This document shows positions 20,780 to 30,790 of a stretch of 64,000 nt of DNA, piece after piece. The notes below the pieces were generated by a model. It made no database searches. It had not been told where the DNA came from and was given only the letters and a program-made list of their open reading frames with translations. The stretch's first letter is position 1, and each line of letters begins with the position of its first letter. The position numbers and the translations under genes were made by a program. Origin of the DNA: Acidobacteriota bacterium (GTDB taxonomy: Bacteria; Acidobacteriota; Thermoanaerobaculia; Gp7-AA8); NCBI GenBank assembly GCA_019244185.1, contig JAFATB010000012.1, positions 118,996-182,995 on the forward strand, in the 5' to 3' direction.

Positions 20780-23700
20780 TGCGCAGTTGATATCCCATCG
20801 CCGTCGCGACGAAGCCTTCTTCGACGAGGAACGGCGCGAGCGGCGAGCGCGCGGCCGGCTCGTCGTTGATCTCGCCGAGGAGCAGCGCGCGGCGCGAGCC
20901 GTCGCGCACGAGCGAGGCGAGCGTCTGCGCGACCGCGCGCGCGACGTTGCCGCGCGACGGCTCGTCCTCGGGCAGGAAGAGGAAGAGCTGCTTCTCGCCG
21001 CGCGAGAGGTAGCCGGCCATCAGTCCGTTGACGAGGATGACGTGCGCGCCGACGCTGCGCGACAGCGTCCGTGCCGAAGCAACGGCGGATTCGGGCCACG
21101 GCACGATCGCGCCGTACGGATTCGCGGGATCGGTCGCGGCGAGGAACACGCGCTCGATCTCTTCCGGCTCGTCGCGCATGCCGCGCAACAGATCGATCGC
21201 GCCGCCGCTGGCGAACTGCGTCGCGCCGAGTCCGGCCACGAAGTAGCCGCGGCGAATGCGTCCCGCGTCTTCCATCGCTTTGAGGATCGGATAGACGGCC
21301 GAGAAGCCGCCGAAGATGTTCTCGAGCGCGGGCGCCTCGCGCGTGACGACGCCGTAGCGCGCCAGCAACTGGTGTGCGAGCGCGTTTGCGCGCTGCGTGT
21401 CGTTGCCGGCGGCGGACGGCACGAGCGACCAGCGTCCCTGCGTCGACGCCGGCGCGACGCGGCGCGAGCGGAACGCTCCGGCGCGCGCCGGTGCGCTGCG
21501 CGTCTTCGACGTGCGCGTGAACGCGCGCAGCGCGTGGAACGTGTCGTTCGTGACGGCGCCCTTCCAGACGAGATCCCACAGCGTGTCGATGAGCTCCGCG
21601 GGGAAGCCGCCGACTTCGGCCTGCATCTGCGCGAAGAACGACGCGCCGCGCGCGCGCAGGTAATCGACGAGCGGCGACTCGACCGGCTCGCGCGCGGGGA
21701 CGAGCAGCGGCAGATGATCGGTGAGGTAGAGCGCGATGCGGCCGTCGCGTTCGCCGAGCGGCTCGACGCCGACCCACACGATTTCGCCCGCGGCGCTGAG
21801 CGTGTCGAGATCGGACGGTTTGTAGTCGTCGACGCGCGACGCGAGGATCTCGCTCTCGAAGATCGACGCGGCCATCGGGAAGCCCTGCAGCGTTTCGACG
21901 ACTTCGAGCAGCGCGTCGAGCCCGCGGCGTTTGCGCGTCACGCCCTGCCAGTTCGTGAAGAGGCGCGCGAGCACGGACGGGTCGACCGGTTCCGCTTCCT
22001 TGCGCAACTTCGCCAGCGATCGCCGCCGGATCGTGCGCAGCACGTCGGCCTCGCACCACTCGCGCTGCGTGCCGCCGGGACGGAACTCCCCTTCGATCAG
22101 GCGTCCGCGCTCGACGAAGCGTTCGAGCGCGTGCGTGACGACGGCGATGCCGAGGGCGTAGCGCTGCGCGACGTCGTGCGGCGTGAACGGACCGTGCGTG
22201 CGCGCGTAGCGCAGCACGAGATCGCCGACCGGATCGGCGACCGGCTGCAGGTACCGCTCCGCGACGCCGTGCGGAATCGGCGTGCCGAGCGCGTCGCGAA
22301 AACGCGACGCGTCTTCGACGGCGATGATGCGCTTCGTGCGCGCGATCGTGACTTCGAGCACGCGGCGCTGCTTGAGCAGTTCGCGAATCGCGGCATCGGT
22401 CTCGATGATCGCGCGCGCCGCGAGTTCGTCGGGCGAGAGATCGCCGAGGCGCAGCAGCAGATCGTGCACGCCGTCGACGCTCTTCGCTTTGCGGTTCTCG
22501 TCGAGATGCTGCAGTTCGAGCTCCGTCTGCGCGAGCGCGTCGGGATCGAGCAGCTCGCGCAGCTCCGGCTCGCCGAGGAGCTCGCGCAGTTGCGACTGAT
22601 CGATCGCGAGCGCCTGCGCGCGGCGTTCGGCGAGCGGCGCGTCGCCGTCGTAGAGAAAATTCGCGACGTAGCGGAAGAGCACGGACGCCGCGAACGGCGA
22701 CGGCTTCTGCGTGTCGGCGGTGACGACGCGAATGGTCCGCGCACGGATGCGCCGCGTGAGCTCGACGAGCGCGGGAACGTCGAAGGCATCGCGCAGCGTC
22801 TCGCGGTACGCCTCGAGGATGATCGGGAACGAGCCGAAGCGTGACGCGACCTGCAGGAGGTCGTAGGCGCGCTTGCGCTGCTGCCAGAGCGGCGTTCGTC
22901 CCTGAATGCGCGTGCGCGGCAGGAGCAGCGCGCGCGCCGCGGCCTCGCGGAACTTCGCGGCGAACATCGAGCTCGCGCCGAGCTGGCGCAGCAGGAGCTG
23001 TTCGACCTCGTCGGGATCGGGGAGTACGAGCTCCGCGGCGGGCGGCGCGTCGGTCTCGGGGAAGCGCACGATGAAGCCGTCGTCGCTCCACATGGTCTCG
23101 ACGTCGATGGCCAGCTCGTTGCGCACTTTCGCGGTGACGGCCATCGCCCACGGCGCGTGAATCTTGCCGCCGAACGGCGAGAGCACGCAGACGCGCCAGT
23201 CGCCCAGCTCGTCGGTCACGCGCTCGATGACGATCGTGCGATCGTCGGGCACCGCGCCGGTCGCTTCCTGCTGATCGTCGAGGTACTGCAGGAAGTTCTC
23301 GGCGGCCATGCGGTCGAGATCGTGGCGCGTGACGAGACGCTCGATCGCGGCGGGCTTCTTCGTCGCGCGGATCTCGCGCACGAGGCGGCCGATCGCTTCG
23401 CCGAAAGGCACGGTGCGTTCGGCGGCATCGGCTTTCCAGAACGGCATCTTCCCCGGCTCGCCGGGCGCGGGCGTGACGACGACGCGATCGTGCGTGATCT
23501 CCTCGATGCGCCACGTCGACGCGCCGAGCATGAACGTGTCGCCCGGCGACGACTCGAAGACCATCTCTTCATCGAGCTCGCCGACGCGCGCGGATTGGTT
23601 CTTCTCCGCGCCGGCGAGGAAGACGCCGTACAAACCGCGATCGGGAATCGTGCCGCCGCTCGTGATGGCGACGCGCTTCGCGCCTTCGCGCGCGGTGATC

Positions 23701-25271
23701 GTGTTCGTGACGCGATCCCACGTCACGCGCGGGCGCAGCTCCGCGAATTCGTCGGACGGATAGAGGCCGGAGAGCATGTCCAGCACGCCGTCGAACGCGG
23801 TGCGCGACAGCTCCGCGTACGGCGCGCACGAGCGGATGGTGCGATAGAGATCGTCGACGTTCCAGGCGTCGACGGCGATCATGGCCACAAGCTGCTGCGC
23901 GAGGACGTCGAGCGGGTTGCGCGGATAGCGCGTCGGTTCGATCGCCCCCTCGTGCATCGCCTCGGCGACCGCCGCGCAGGCGATGAGATCGCCGCGGAAC
24001 TTCGGGAAGATGATGCCGCTCGACTCCGCGCCGACCTGATGGCTCGCGCGTCCGATGCGCTGCATGCCCGACGCGATCGATGGCGGCGCTTCGATCTGAA
24101 TCACGAGATCGATCGAGCCCATGTCGATCCCGAGCTCCAGAGAGGACGTGGCGACGAGCGCGGGCAGCCGTCCCGACTTCAGGTTGTCTTCGATCTCGGT
24201 GCGTTGCGCGCGCGCGATCGAGCCGTGGTGCGCCTGCACGAGCGTTTCGCCGGCGAGCTCGTTGAGCGCCGTGGCCAGACGTTCGGCGAGCCGCCGCGAG
24301 TTGACGAAGATCAGCGTCGAGGTGTGCGCGCGAATGAGCTCGAGGAGGCGCGGATGCATGGCCGGCCAGATCGACGGCGAGCGCGGTCCGAGCGACGCGG
24401 GGCCGCTCGCGATCTCCTGCGTGGCGGCGAGCTTGGCCATGTCTTCGACCGGCACTTCGACGCGCAGCGTGAGCTTCTTCTTCTCACCGGTGTCGACGAT
24501 CGTGACGGGACGGAACGTCGCGTGCGTGCGGTCGGCGAATTCGTCGTGGAGTTGTTCGCTCGCGTTCTCTTCCGCGCGCGGCGTCTGCGCTTCGGGCGTG
24601 GCGCCGCCGAGAAAGCGGGCCACTTCGTCGAGCGGCCGTTGCGTCGCGGAGAGGCCGATGCGTTGCGGCGGATGCAGCGTGCGCAGCGCGAGGCGTTCGA
24701 GCGAGAGAGCCATGTGCGCGCCGCGCTTGGTCGGCACGAGCGCGTGGATTTCGTCGATGATGATCGTCTCGACGCCGCGCAGTTGTTCGCGCGCGTTCGA
24801 CGTCAGCATGAGATACAGCGACTCCGGCGTGGTGATGAGGATGTCGGCCGGATCGCGCGCGAAGCGTGCGCGCTCGGACTGCGGCGTGTCGCCGGTGCGG
24901 ATGGCGATCTCCGGAACCAGGTAATCGTCGCCTCGCGCCTGCGCGACGTTCGCGATGCCGGCCAATGGCGCGCGCAGGTTCCGCTCGACGTCGACGGCGA
25001 GCGCCTTGAGCGGCGAAACGTACAGAACGCGGCAGCGCTGTTCCTTCGGCGGACGCGGCGCGAACATGAGGCGGTCGAGCGCCCAGAGGAACGCCGTCAG
25101 CGTTTTCCCGCTGCCGGTCGGCGCGAAGATGAGCGTCCAGTCGCCGCGCGCGATGGCGGGCCATCCGAGCTGCTGCGCGCGCGTCGGTGCGGCGAACGAC
25201 GACGCGAACCATTCACGCACGGCGGCGTGAAATGGCGCGAGCGTGGCATCAACCTTCAATGGGCGAGGCAT
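20766..25271 (-). CDS. lhr: Lhr-family large ATP-dependent helicase
   Basis: APTGSGKT, DEIH, LSAT, HHGS, TSSLELGID, QRIGR; extended CTD with LLARYGVVT, RRGYFV and ATDPANPYG. Confidence 0.95.
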   Translation of the reverse strand: MPRPLKVDATLAPFHAAVREWFASSFAAPTRAQQLGWPAIARGDWTLIFAPTGSGKTLTAFLWALDRLMFAPRPPKEQRCRVLYVSPLKALAVDVERNLRAPLAGIANVAQARGDDYLVPEIAIRTGDTPQSERARFARDPADILITTPESLYLMLTSNAREQLRGVETIIIDEIHALVPTKRGAHMALSLERLALRTLHPPQRIGLSATQRPLDEVARFLGGATPEAQTPRAEENASEQLHDEFADRTHATFRPVTIVDTGEKKKLTLRVEVPVEDMAKLAATQEIASGPASLGPRSPSIWPAMHPRLLELIRAHTSTLIFVNSRRLAERLATALNELAGETLVQAHHGSIARAQRTEIEDNLKSGRLPALVATSSLELGIDMGSIDLVIQIEAPPSIASGMQRIGRASHQVGAESSGIIFPKFRGDLIACAAVAEAMHEGAIEPTRYPRNPLDVLAQQLVAMIAVDAWNVDDLYRTIRSCAPYAELSRTAFDGVLDMLSGLYPSDEFAELRPRVTWDRVTNTITAREGAKRVAITSGGTIPDRGLYGVFLAGAEKNQSARVGELDEEMVFESSPGDTFMLGASTWRIEEITHDRVVVTPAPGEPGKMPFWKADAAERTVPFGEAIGRLVREIRATKKPAAIERLVTRHDLDRMAAENFLQYLDDQQEATGAVPDDRTIVIERVTDELGDWRVCVLSPFGGKIHAPWAMAVTAKVRNELAIDVETMWSDDGFIVRFPETDAPPAAELVLPDPDEVEQLLLRQLGASSMFAAKFREAAARALLLPRTRIQGRTPLWQQRKRAYDLLQVASRFGSFPIILEAYRETLRDAFDVPALVELTRRIRARTIRVVTADTQKPSPFAASVLFRYVANFLYDGDAPLAERRAQALAIDQSQLRELLGEPELRELLDPDALAQTELELQHLDENRKAKSVDGVHDLLLRLGDLSPDELAARAIIETDAAIRELLKQRRVLEVTIARTKRIIAVEDASRFRDALGTPIPHGVAERYLQPVADPVGDLVLRYARTHGPFTPHDVAQRYALGIAVVTHALERFVERGRLIEGEFRPGGTQREWCEADVLRTIRRRSLAKLRKEAEPVDPSVLARLFTNWQGVTRKRRGLDALLEVVETLQGFPMAASIFESEILASRVDDYKPSDLDTLSAAGEIVWVGVEPLGERDGRIALYLTDHLPLLVPAREPVESPLVDYLRARGASFFAQMQAEVGGFPAELIDTLWDLVWKGAVTNDTFHALRAFTRTSKTRSAPARAGAFRSRRVAPASTQGRWSLVPSAAGNDTQRANALAHQLLARYGVVTREAPALENIFGGFSAVYPILKAMEDAGRIRRGYFVAGLGATQFASGGAIDLLRGMRDEPEEIERVFLAATDPANPYGAIVPWPESAVASARTLSRSVGAHVILVNGLMAGYLSRGEKQLFLFLPEDEPSRGNVARAVAQTLASLVRDGSRRALLLGEINDEPAARSPLAPFLVEEGFVATAMGYQLRNAGR

Positions 25272-25366
25272 CTGTGAGCGGCGTCACTCCGCTGGACTTC
25301 CCGGGAGCGCGCTGCAAGAATAGTGGCCAGTCCCCTCGCGCGAAAGCTGACTGTGAAGGATGGGAG

Positions 25367-26131
25367 ATGCGGCTGAAGGTGCTCGGCGCGTATGGAGCGT
25401 CGGATGCAGAACATAACCTGACCGGGTACCTGATCGACGACTGGTTCGCGGTGGATGCCGGCACTCTCACCTCGAAGCTCTCGTTCGCGCAGCAGGGCCG
25501 CATTCAGGGCGTGTTCATCACGCATCCGCACGCCGATCACATCCGCGACCTCCCCCATCTGATCCACAATCGGTTCAGCCAGAACGTTGGCTCGCTGACG
25601 ATCTTCGCCGCGCGCGACGTGCTCGACCTCCTCGTGCGCGACGTCTTCAACGGCATCGTCTGGCCCGACTTCTCGGAGATCGTCTCGCCGCTCAGCGGCA
25701 AGCCGGCCGTGCATTACCGCGCGCTGACGCCGGGTAAGCGCATCACCTTCAACGACGTCGCGCTGACCGCCGTGCCGGTCGATCATCAGATCCCGGCGTC
25801 GGGCGTCATCCTCGAGCTGAACGGCCAGTCGATCGTCTTCACCGGCGACACGGGGCCGACGCAGGAGATCTGGAAGCGGACGAACAAGACGCCGAACGTC
25901 GTCGCCGTCGTGACCGAGGCGTCGTTCCCGAACGATCAGCAGGCGCTCGCCGACGAGACCGCGCATCTCTCGCCGCAGACGTTCGGCGAGGAGCTGAAGA
26001 AGATCACCGTCGACGCGCCGGTGTACGCGAGCCATCGCAAGATTCCGTACGAGCGCGACATCGAGTCGCAGATCCGGAACCTGCGCGACCGCCGCGCGCG
26101 CGTGCTGCTCGAGAAGAATTACACGCTGTAG
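25367..26131 (+). CDS. Class II 3',5'-cyclic nucleotide phosphodiesterase (MBL fold)
   Basis: DAGT, THPHADHI, FNG.VWPDF, VDH, FTGDTGPT, EASFPN, HLSP. Confidence 0.85.
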   Translation: MRLKVLGAYGASDAEHNLTGYLIDDWFAVDAGTLTSKLSFAQQGRIQGVFITHPHADHIRDLPHLIHNRFSQNVGSLTIFAARDVLDLLVRDVFNGIVWPDFSEIVSPLSGKPAVHYRALTPGKRITFNDVALTAVPVDHQIPASGVILELNGQSIVFTGDTGPTQEIWKRTNKTPNVVAVVTEASFPNDQQALADETAHLSPQTFGEELKKITVDAPVYASHRKIPYERDIESQIRNLRDRRARVLLEKNYTL

Positions 26132-26145
26132 GCGTGCCGAAGCGC

Positions 26146-28236
26146 CTACTCCGGCGCGATCCCCAACTCCGTCCACAGTTCTTTCGGATTGAAGATCTTT
26201 CCGTCCTTCACCACCGTCGCCACGTGTCGGATGTCGCTGATGTTCTGCGTCGGATCGCCGTTGACGATGATGAAGTCGGCGAGCTTGCCGGCTTCGATCG
26301 TGCCGAGGTTCTGCTCGCGCTTCAGAATCTGCGCGGGGCGCAGCGTGGCGATGCTGAGCACTTCCGGCGCGGGGATGCCGGCCTTCACGTAGAGCTCGAG
26401 CTCGCGGTCGAGCGCGAAGCCGGCGAAGTCGTCGGTGCCGGCCACGATGCGGATGCCGTGGTCGCGCAGCGCCTTCACCATGTCGAGCATCTTCTGGAAC
26501 GACGCGCGATAGCGCTCGTCCATGCCGTCGGGCACGGGTAGTCCGCCGGTGAGGAGGCCGCGGCGCAGCTGCGCGGGGAAGCGGTCCGCGACCATGGCGT
26601 AGCTCGGCGAGACGCTGCCGTTGCGCGCGGTGAACATGCCTTCGAAGGCGACGAGCGTCGGATCGCTGACGGTGTTGTGCGCCTTGAGCTTCGCGAAGAA
26701 CGCCTGGACTTCCGGCGAGTTCAGATCGAGATCGGCCGCGCGTTTCGCGACTTCGGTGAAGCGCGCCGGCGTACGCGTGTCCTTCACGTCCGGCATGAAG
26801 TTCAGCAGCAGCATGTTGACGTGCTGGATCTCGTCGTAGCCGGCGTCGACGGCCTGCGACGCGGTCATGAACGCGGGGATGTGACCGCTGACGCGCATGC
26901 CTTTCGAGTGCGCGTACTTCGCCATGAACGGCACGAGCTCGGGCTTGATGGAGCTGTAGATCTTCAGCCCCTCGTAGTGGCGGCCGGCGAAGAAGTCGAT
27001 CGCTTTCTTCGCTTCCTCTTCGTTGTCGGCGAGGATGTTCGTCGGTCCCTTGTACGGTCCGCGGCCGTCGACCAGTCCGGCGAGCGAGATGCGCGGTCCG
27101 ATCGCGGCGCCGCTCTCGAACTTCTGCTTCAGATCCATGACGGTGTCGCTGTCGTTGCCGAGGTCGCGCGCGGAGGTGACGCCGGACGCGATGTCGAGCA
27201 GGCCGTCGATCTCGCTGAAGTGCTGGTGCATGTCCCAGAGGCCGGGCAGCACAACTTTGCCCTGTGCGTCGATGAGCTCCGCGGCGTTGCGCTCGGTCGG
27301 CGTGCCGACGGACGCGATGCGGTTGCCTTCGACGACGATCGTCGTCGGCTCCGAGAGCTTCATCGTGCGCGGGTCGAAGATGCGCGCGTTGGTGACGACG
27401 ATGCGGTTGCCGGCCGGCGTGTGCGTGTACTTTTTCGCGAGCTCCGCGGTGCGCGCGTGGCCGCGCGCCTCCTCCTGCTCGATGAGCTGCTTCGCGTCGG
27501 CCTCGAAGCCTTCGCGGATGGTCGACGACCACGCGGAGACGCTGGCGAAGAAGTTCTGGTGGTCGTCGAGCCAGATCTCGAACGGCTGCAGCCCGAGGCC
27601 GCTCAGTTCGTACGCGGTGACGTGCGTGCCGTGCAGATCCGCCTCGCCGGTTTTCCGGATGGCCACCGTTCCGCTGGGAAGGACAGGCAGCGATCCGCCC
27701 GCCGCCAACAGCGCCTTCGCCAGCACGCCCACTTCCTCAGGTGGTCCGTACATGGTCGGGTAATACGCGCCGGCGTTGCCGTGCCCCGACTCCGAGGTGT
27801 TCTTCCACGACGCGACGCCGTTCGTCGTGTCGAAGTGTTCCTCGATCGGCTGCTTGAGATAGTCGTTGCCGGTGATCTCGACCGACTCCGGGACGCCGCG
27901 CGCGTCGAGGTGCATGACGGTGTGCGTCTTCGGTCCGCGCCCGCGGTCGTTGAACTCGTAGTCGACCGTGAGCTCGTTGCCGTTGCGATGCACGACCTGC
28001 GAGCCGGCGGTGTTCGACGCCATGAGCACGGTCGAGCGCGTGACGCTCTCCGGCGCCGCGCTCATCGCCTGCGACGACGACGAAGGCGAGGCCGGCGGCG
28101 GCGTGGTCGCCGCGGGCGCGCTCCCGGTCGTCGCCAGCACCGGCGGCGCGGGCGTCTCCGGCGTCGTGGTCGGCATCGTGGTGTGGGCGCATGCGGCGGC
28201 GAGCAACGCGAGAACGGCGAGCGTTTTGTGGTGCAT
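26146..28236 (-). CDS. Lipoprotein amidohydrolase with large N-terminal domain
   Basis: Lipobox LAAAC; PGLWDMHQH, GVTSARDLG, LKIY, SGH, IQH, AGTD, GTIEAGKLADFIIV.GDP. Confidence 0.88.
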   Translation of the reverse strand: MHHKTLAVLALLAAACAHTTMPTTTPETPAPPVLATTGSAPAATTPPPASPSSSSQAMSAAPESVTRSTVLMASNTAGSQVVHRNGNELTVDYEFNDRGRGPKTHTVMHLDARGVPESVEITGNDYLKQPIEEHFDTTNGVASWKNTSESGHGNAGAYYPTMYGPPEEVGVLAKALLAAGGSLPVLPSGTVAIRKTGEADLHGTHVTAYELSGLGLQPFEIWLDDHQNFFASVSAWSSTIREGFEADAKQLIEQEEARGHARTAELAKKYTHTPAGNRIVVTNARIFDPRTMKLSEPTTIVVEGNRIASVGTPTERNAAELIDAQGKVVLPGLWDMHQHFSEIDGLLDIASGVTSARDLGNDSDTVMDLKQKFESGAAIGPRISLAGLVDGRGPYKGPTNILADNEEEAKKAIDFFAGRHYEGLKIYSSIKPELVPFMAKYAHSKGMRVSGHIPAFMTASQAVDAGYDEIQHVNMLLLNFMPDVKDTRTPARFTEVAKRAADLDLNSPEVQAFFAKLKAHNTVSDPTLVAFEGMFTARNGSVSPSYAMVADRFPAQLRRGLLTGGLPVPDGMDERYRASFQKMLDMVKALRDHGIRIVAGTDDFAGFALDRELELYVKAGIPAPEVLSIATLRPAQILKREQNLGTIEAGKLADFIIVNGDPTQNISDIRHVATVVKDGKIFNPKELWTELGIAPE

Positions 28237-28264
28237 GGTGCGCATTCTAGAATGCGCGCGGCCT

Positions 28265-29104
28265 ATGGCGCGCCCTTCCGTCACGGTTCTCATTCACACC
28301 CTCAATGAAATCGAGAACATCGAGGAGTGCCTCCGCTCGGTCGAATGGGCCGACGAGATCTACCTCCTCGACTCGTTTTCCAACGACGGCACGATCGAGC
28401 TGGTCCGCGAACGTTTCCCCCGCGTCCGCATCGAACAGCGCGAATACCTCGGCGCGGCCTCGCAGAAGAACTACGCCATCGACCGCGCCGCGAACGACTG
28501 GATCTTCGTCATCGACGCCGACGAGCGCGTGACGCCGCCGCTGCGCGACGAGCTCCTGCGCACGCTCGAAGGTCCGCTCGACGTGTGGGCCTACTCCGTC
28601 GGCCGCCGCAACTTCATGCTCGGGAAGGAAGTGAAATACAGCGGCCTGCAGCGCGACCGCGTGACGCGCCTCTTTCACCGCGGCCACGCGCGCTATCCGA
28701 ACAAGCGCGTCCACGCGGACCTCCTCGTCGACGGCGCGACGGTCGACCTGCGCGCGAAGATGCTGCACTTCTACATCCGCTCGTTCGATCACATGATCGC
28801 GAAGATGACGCGCTACGCGAACTGGGGCGCCGCGCAGATGTTCATCGACGGCAAAACCACCGGCGTGTGGGGCATCTTCAGCCACGCCTTCGCGAAGTTC
28901 GTGCGCGACTACGTCTTCAACCTCGGCTTTCTCGACGGCGCGCGCGGCCTGATCTCCGTCGGCATGCACGTCTATTACACGTTCTGGAAGTACGCGAAGC
29001 TCTGGGAGTTCCAGCAGCTCAAGCGCCTCGGCAAGCCCGTTCCGCTCCCCGCGCTCGACGAGGGCGAAGGGCGGTGGGAACTGCCGTGGGTCAAGAACAG
29101 CTAA
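28265..29104 (+). CDS. Glycosyltransferase family 2 (WaaE/KdtX-like)
   Basis: LNE..NIEECL.SV.WADEI..LDSFSNDGT; WIFVIDADER; GFLDG.RGL. Confidence 0.9.
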   Translation: MARPSVTVLIHTLNEIENIEECLRSVEWADEIYLLDSFSNDGTIELVRERFPRVRIEQREYLGAASQKNYAIDRAANDWIFVIDADERVTPPLRDELLRTLEGPLDVWAYSVGRRNFMLGKEVKYSGLQRDRVTRLFHRGHARYPNKRVHADLLVDGATVDLRAKMLHFYIRSFDHMIAKMTRYANWGAAQMFIDGKTTGVWGIFSHAFAKFVRDYVFNLGFLDGARGLISVGMHVYYTFWKYAKLWEFQQLKRLGKPVPLPALDEGEGRWELPWVKNS

Positions 29105-30366
29105 TCCGCTGCTTCGACGACGACGCGCAATCCTTCGACACGCCGCACGCGCACCCGTGAGCCTTCCTCGATCGGCGATTGCGCGGCCTGCGCGTTCCAG
29201 AGCGAGCCGTGCACGAAGACCTTGCCGTCGGCATTGACGTGCGTGCGCGCGATGCCGATCTCGCCGACCATGGCCTCGCTTCCCGTCGCGACGCGGTTCT
29301 TCCGCGCGCGCACGACGAGCGTCATGAGGAACACCGCGATCGCGCCGATGGGGATGCTCACCGCGAGCGCCGTGACGAGGCGCACGCGCAGCTCGGGGAT
29401 CGGTCCGTCGACGAGCGTGATGGCGCCGAAGATCATGCAGATCACGCCGCCGATGCCGAGGACGCCGTGCGAGGTGTACCTCGCCTCGAGCGCGAAGAGG
29501 ACGAACGCGGCGCCGATCAGCGCGACGGACGCGAAGCGCGTCGGCAGCAGATTCAGCGCGAAGATCGCGAGCAGGATCGCGATGAGACCGACGACGCCCG
29601 GCAGCACCGCGCCGGGATGGTTGAACTCCGCGATCAGCGCGAGCGCGCCGAGCGCGAAGAGCAGGAACGCGACGTTCGGATCCATGATCCACGCGAGGAG
29701 GCGTTGCTTGAGCGTCATCTCGAACGGCGTCACCGGTTGTCCGGCGACGCGCAGGATCGTGGTCGTGCCGTTGAAGCGCTTGATCGTGCGGCCGTCGGCC
29801 CAGCGCAACAGCGAAGGGACGTCGGGCGCGATGACGTCGATGACGTGCTGCGTCAGCGCTTCCTGTTCCGTGAACGACTTCGCCTCGCGCACGGCCGCTT
29901 CGGCCGCGGCGACGTTGCGTCCGCGCCGCTGCGCGATGCTGCGGATGAAGGCCGCCGCGTCGCTCTGCAGCTTCATCTTCATCACGTCATCGAGCTTCTC
30001 GCCCATCAGCACGGGATGCGCGGCGCCCGTGTTCGTGCCGGGCGCCATCGCCGCGATGTCGGCCGCTTCGAGCACGAAGAAGCCGGCCGACGCCGCGCGC
30101 GAGCCGGCCGGGCCGACCCACACGAGCACCGGTACGGGCGACTTGAGGATGTTCTCGACGATCTTGCGCATCGACGACTCGAGTCCGCCCGGCGTGCGCA
30201 ATTCGAGCACGACCGCGGACGACTTTTGCGCCACCGCGCGATCGAGCGCCCGCGCGATGAACTCGTCCGTCACCGGATGAATCGCGTCGTCGACGACCAC
30301 GTGCACGACGTCGGCGTGCGCGAGGTTCGCGACGAGGAGCAGCACGAGCGCGGCGATCGTCTTCAT
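29101..30366 (-). CDS. nfeD: Long-form NfeD membrane-bound serine protease
   Basis: TPGGL, RAASAG, AAMAPGTNTGAAHPV, TM bundle, C-terminal OB domain (GKVFVHG.LW.A). Confidence 0.92.
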   Translation of the reverse strand: MKTIAALVLLLVANLAHADVVHVVVDDAIHPVTDEFIARALDRAVAQKSSAVVLELRTPGGLESSMRKIVENILKSPVPVLVWVGPAGSRAASAGFFVLEAADIAAMAPGTNTGAAHPVLMGEKLDDVMKMKLQSDAAAFIRSIAQRRGRNVAAAEAAVREAKSFTEQEALTQHVIDVIAPDVPSLLRWADGRTIKRFNGTTTILRVAGQPVTPFEMTLKQRLLAWIMDPNVAFLLFALGALALIAEFNHPGAVLPGVVGLIAILLAIFALNLLPTRFASVALIGAAFVLFALEARYTSHGVLGIGGVICMIFGAITLVDGPIPELRVRLVTALAVSIPIGAIAVFLMTLVVRARKNRVATGSEAMVGEIGIARTHVNADGKVFVHGSLWNAQAAQSPIEEGSRVRVRRVEGLRVVVEAAD

Positions 30367-30730
30367 GAATGAATTCCTCATCGGAACGAAACGCAGCGGC
30401 TTTTACGCGCGATTCCGTTCGCCACTACCGGGCGCGCGACCGGGTCGCTCGCGCGGAGGAACCGAGCGGTCGTCGGTCGATCGGTCTTGCGACGACCGCT
30501 CGCCGATTCCGTCGCAACACCCTTCGGAACACGCATCGCGCCGTAGACAACCTGTCGGACGTTCGTGCCGCTTTGAAGATGGCGTTTTTCAGCGGAAGGG
30601 CTGCTTCGTCGACATTCTGTACGCCGTGGAGTCGTGCGTCGTCTGTCAAGAATCGAATTGCACTCAACAAGAAGTTCGCTTGGCTGGCTCGCATGTACGC
30701 CTCACAGGTTTTGAGCAGCTTACTCGCCGG

Positions 30731-30790
30731 ATTTTCACAGTGGATTTGGACGAGCGAACGCCGGAGGTGAATATCCACATGGATCTCACT
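30731..30790 (+). promoter_or_regulatory. DnaA-box-like sites downstream of dnaB
   Basis: ATTTTCACA (30731) and ATATCCACA (30771), each one mismatch from TTWTNCACA and each within an inverted arrangement. Confidence 0.45.

Noticed and set aside
19973-25271. lhr-nei as a novel system
   Set aside because: The pairing is already described, for example in mycobacteria.
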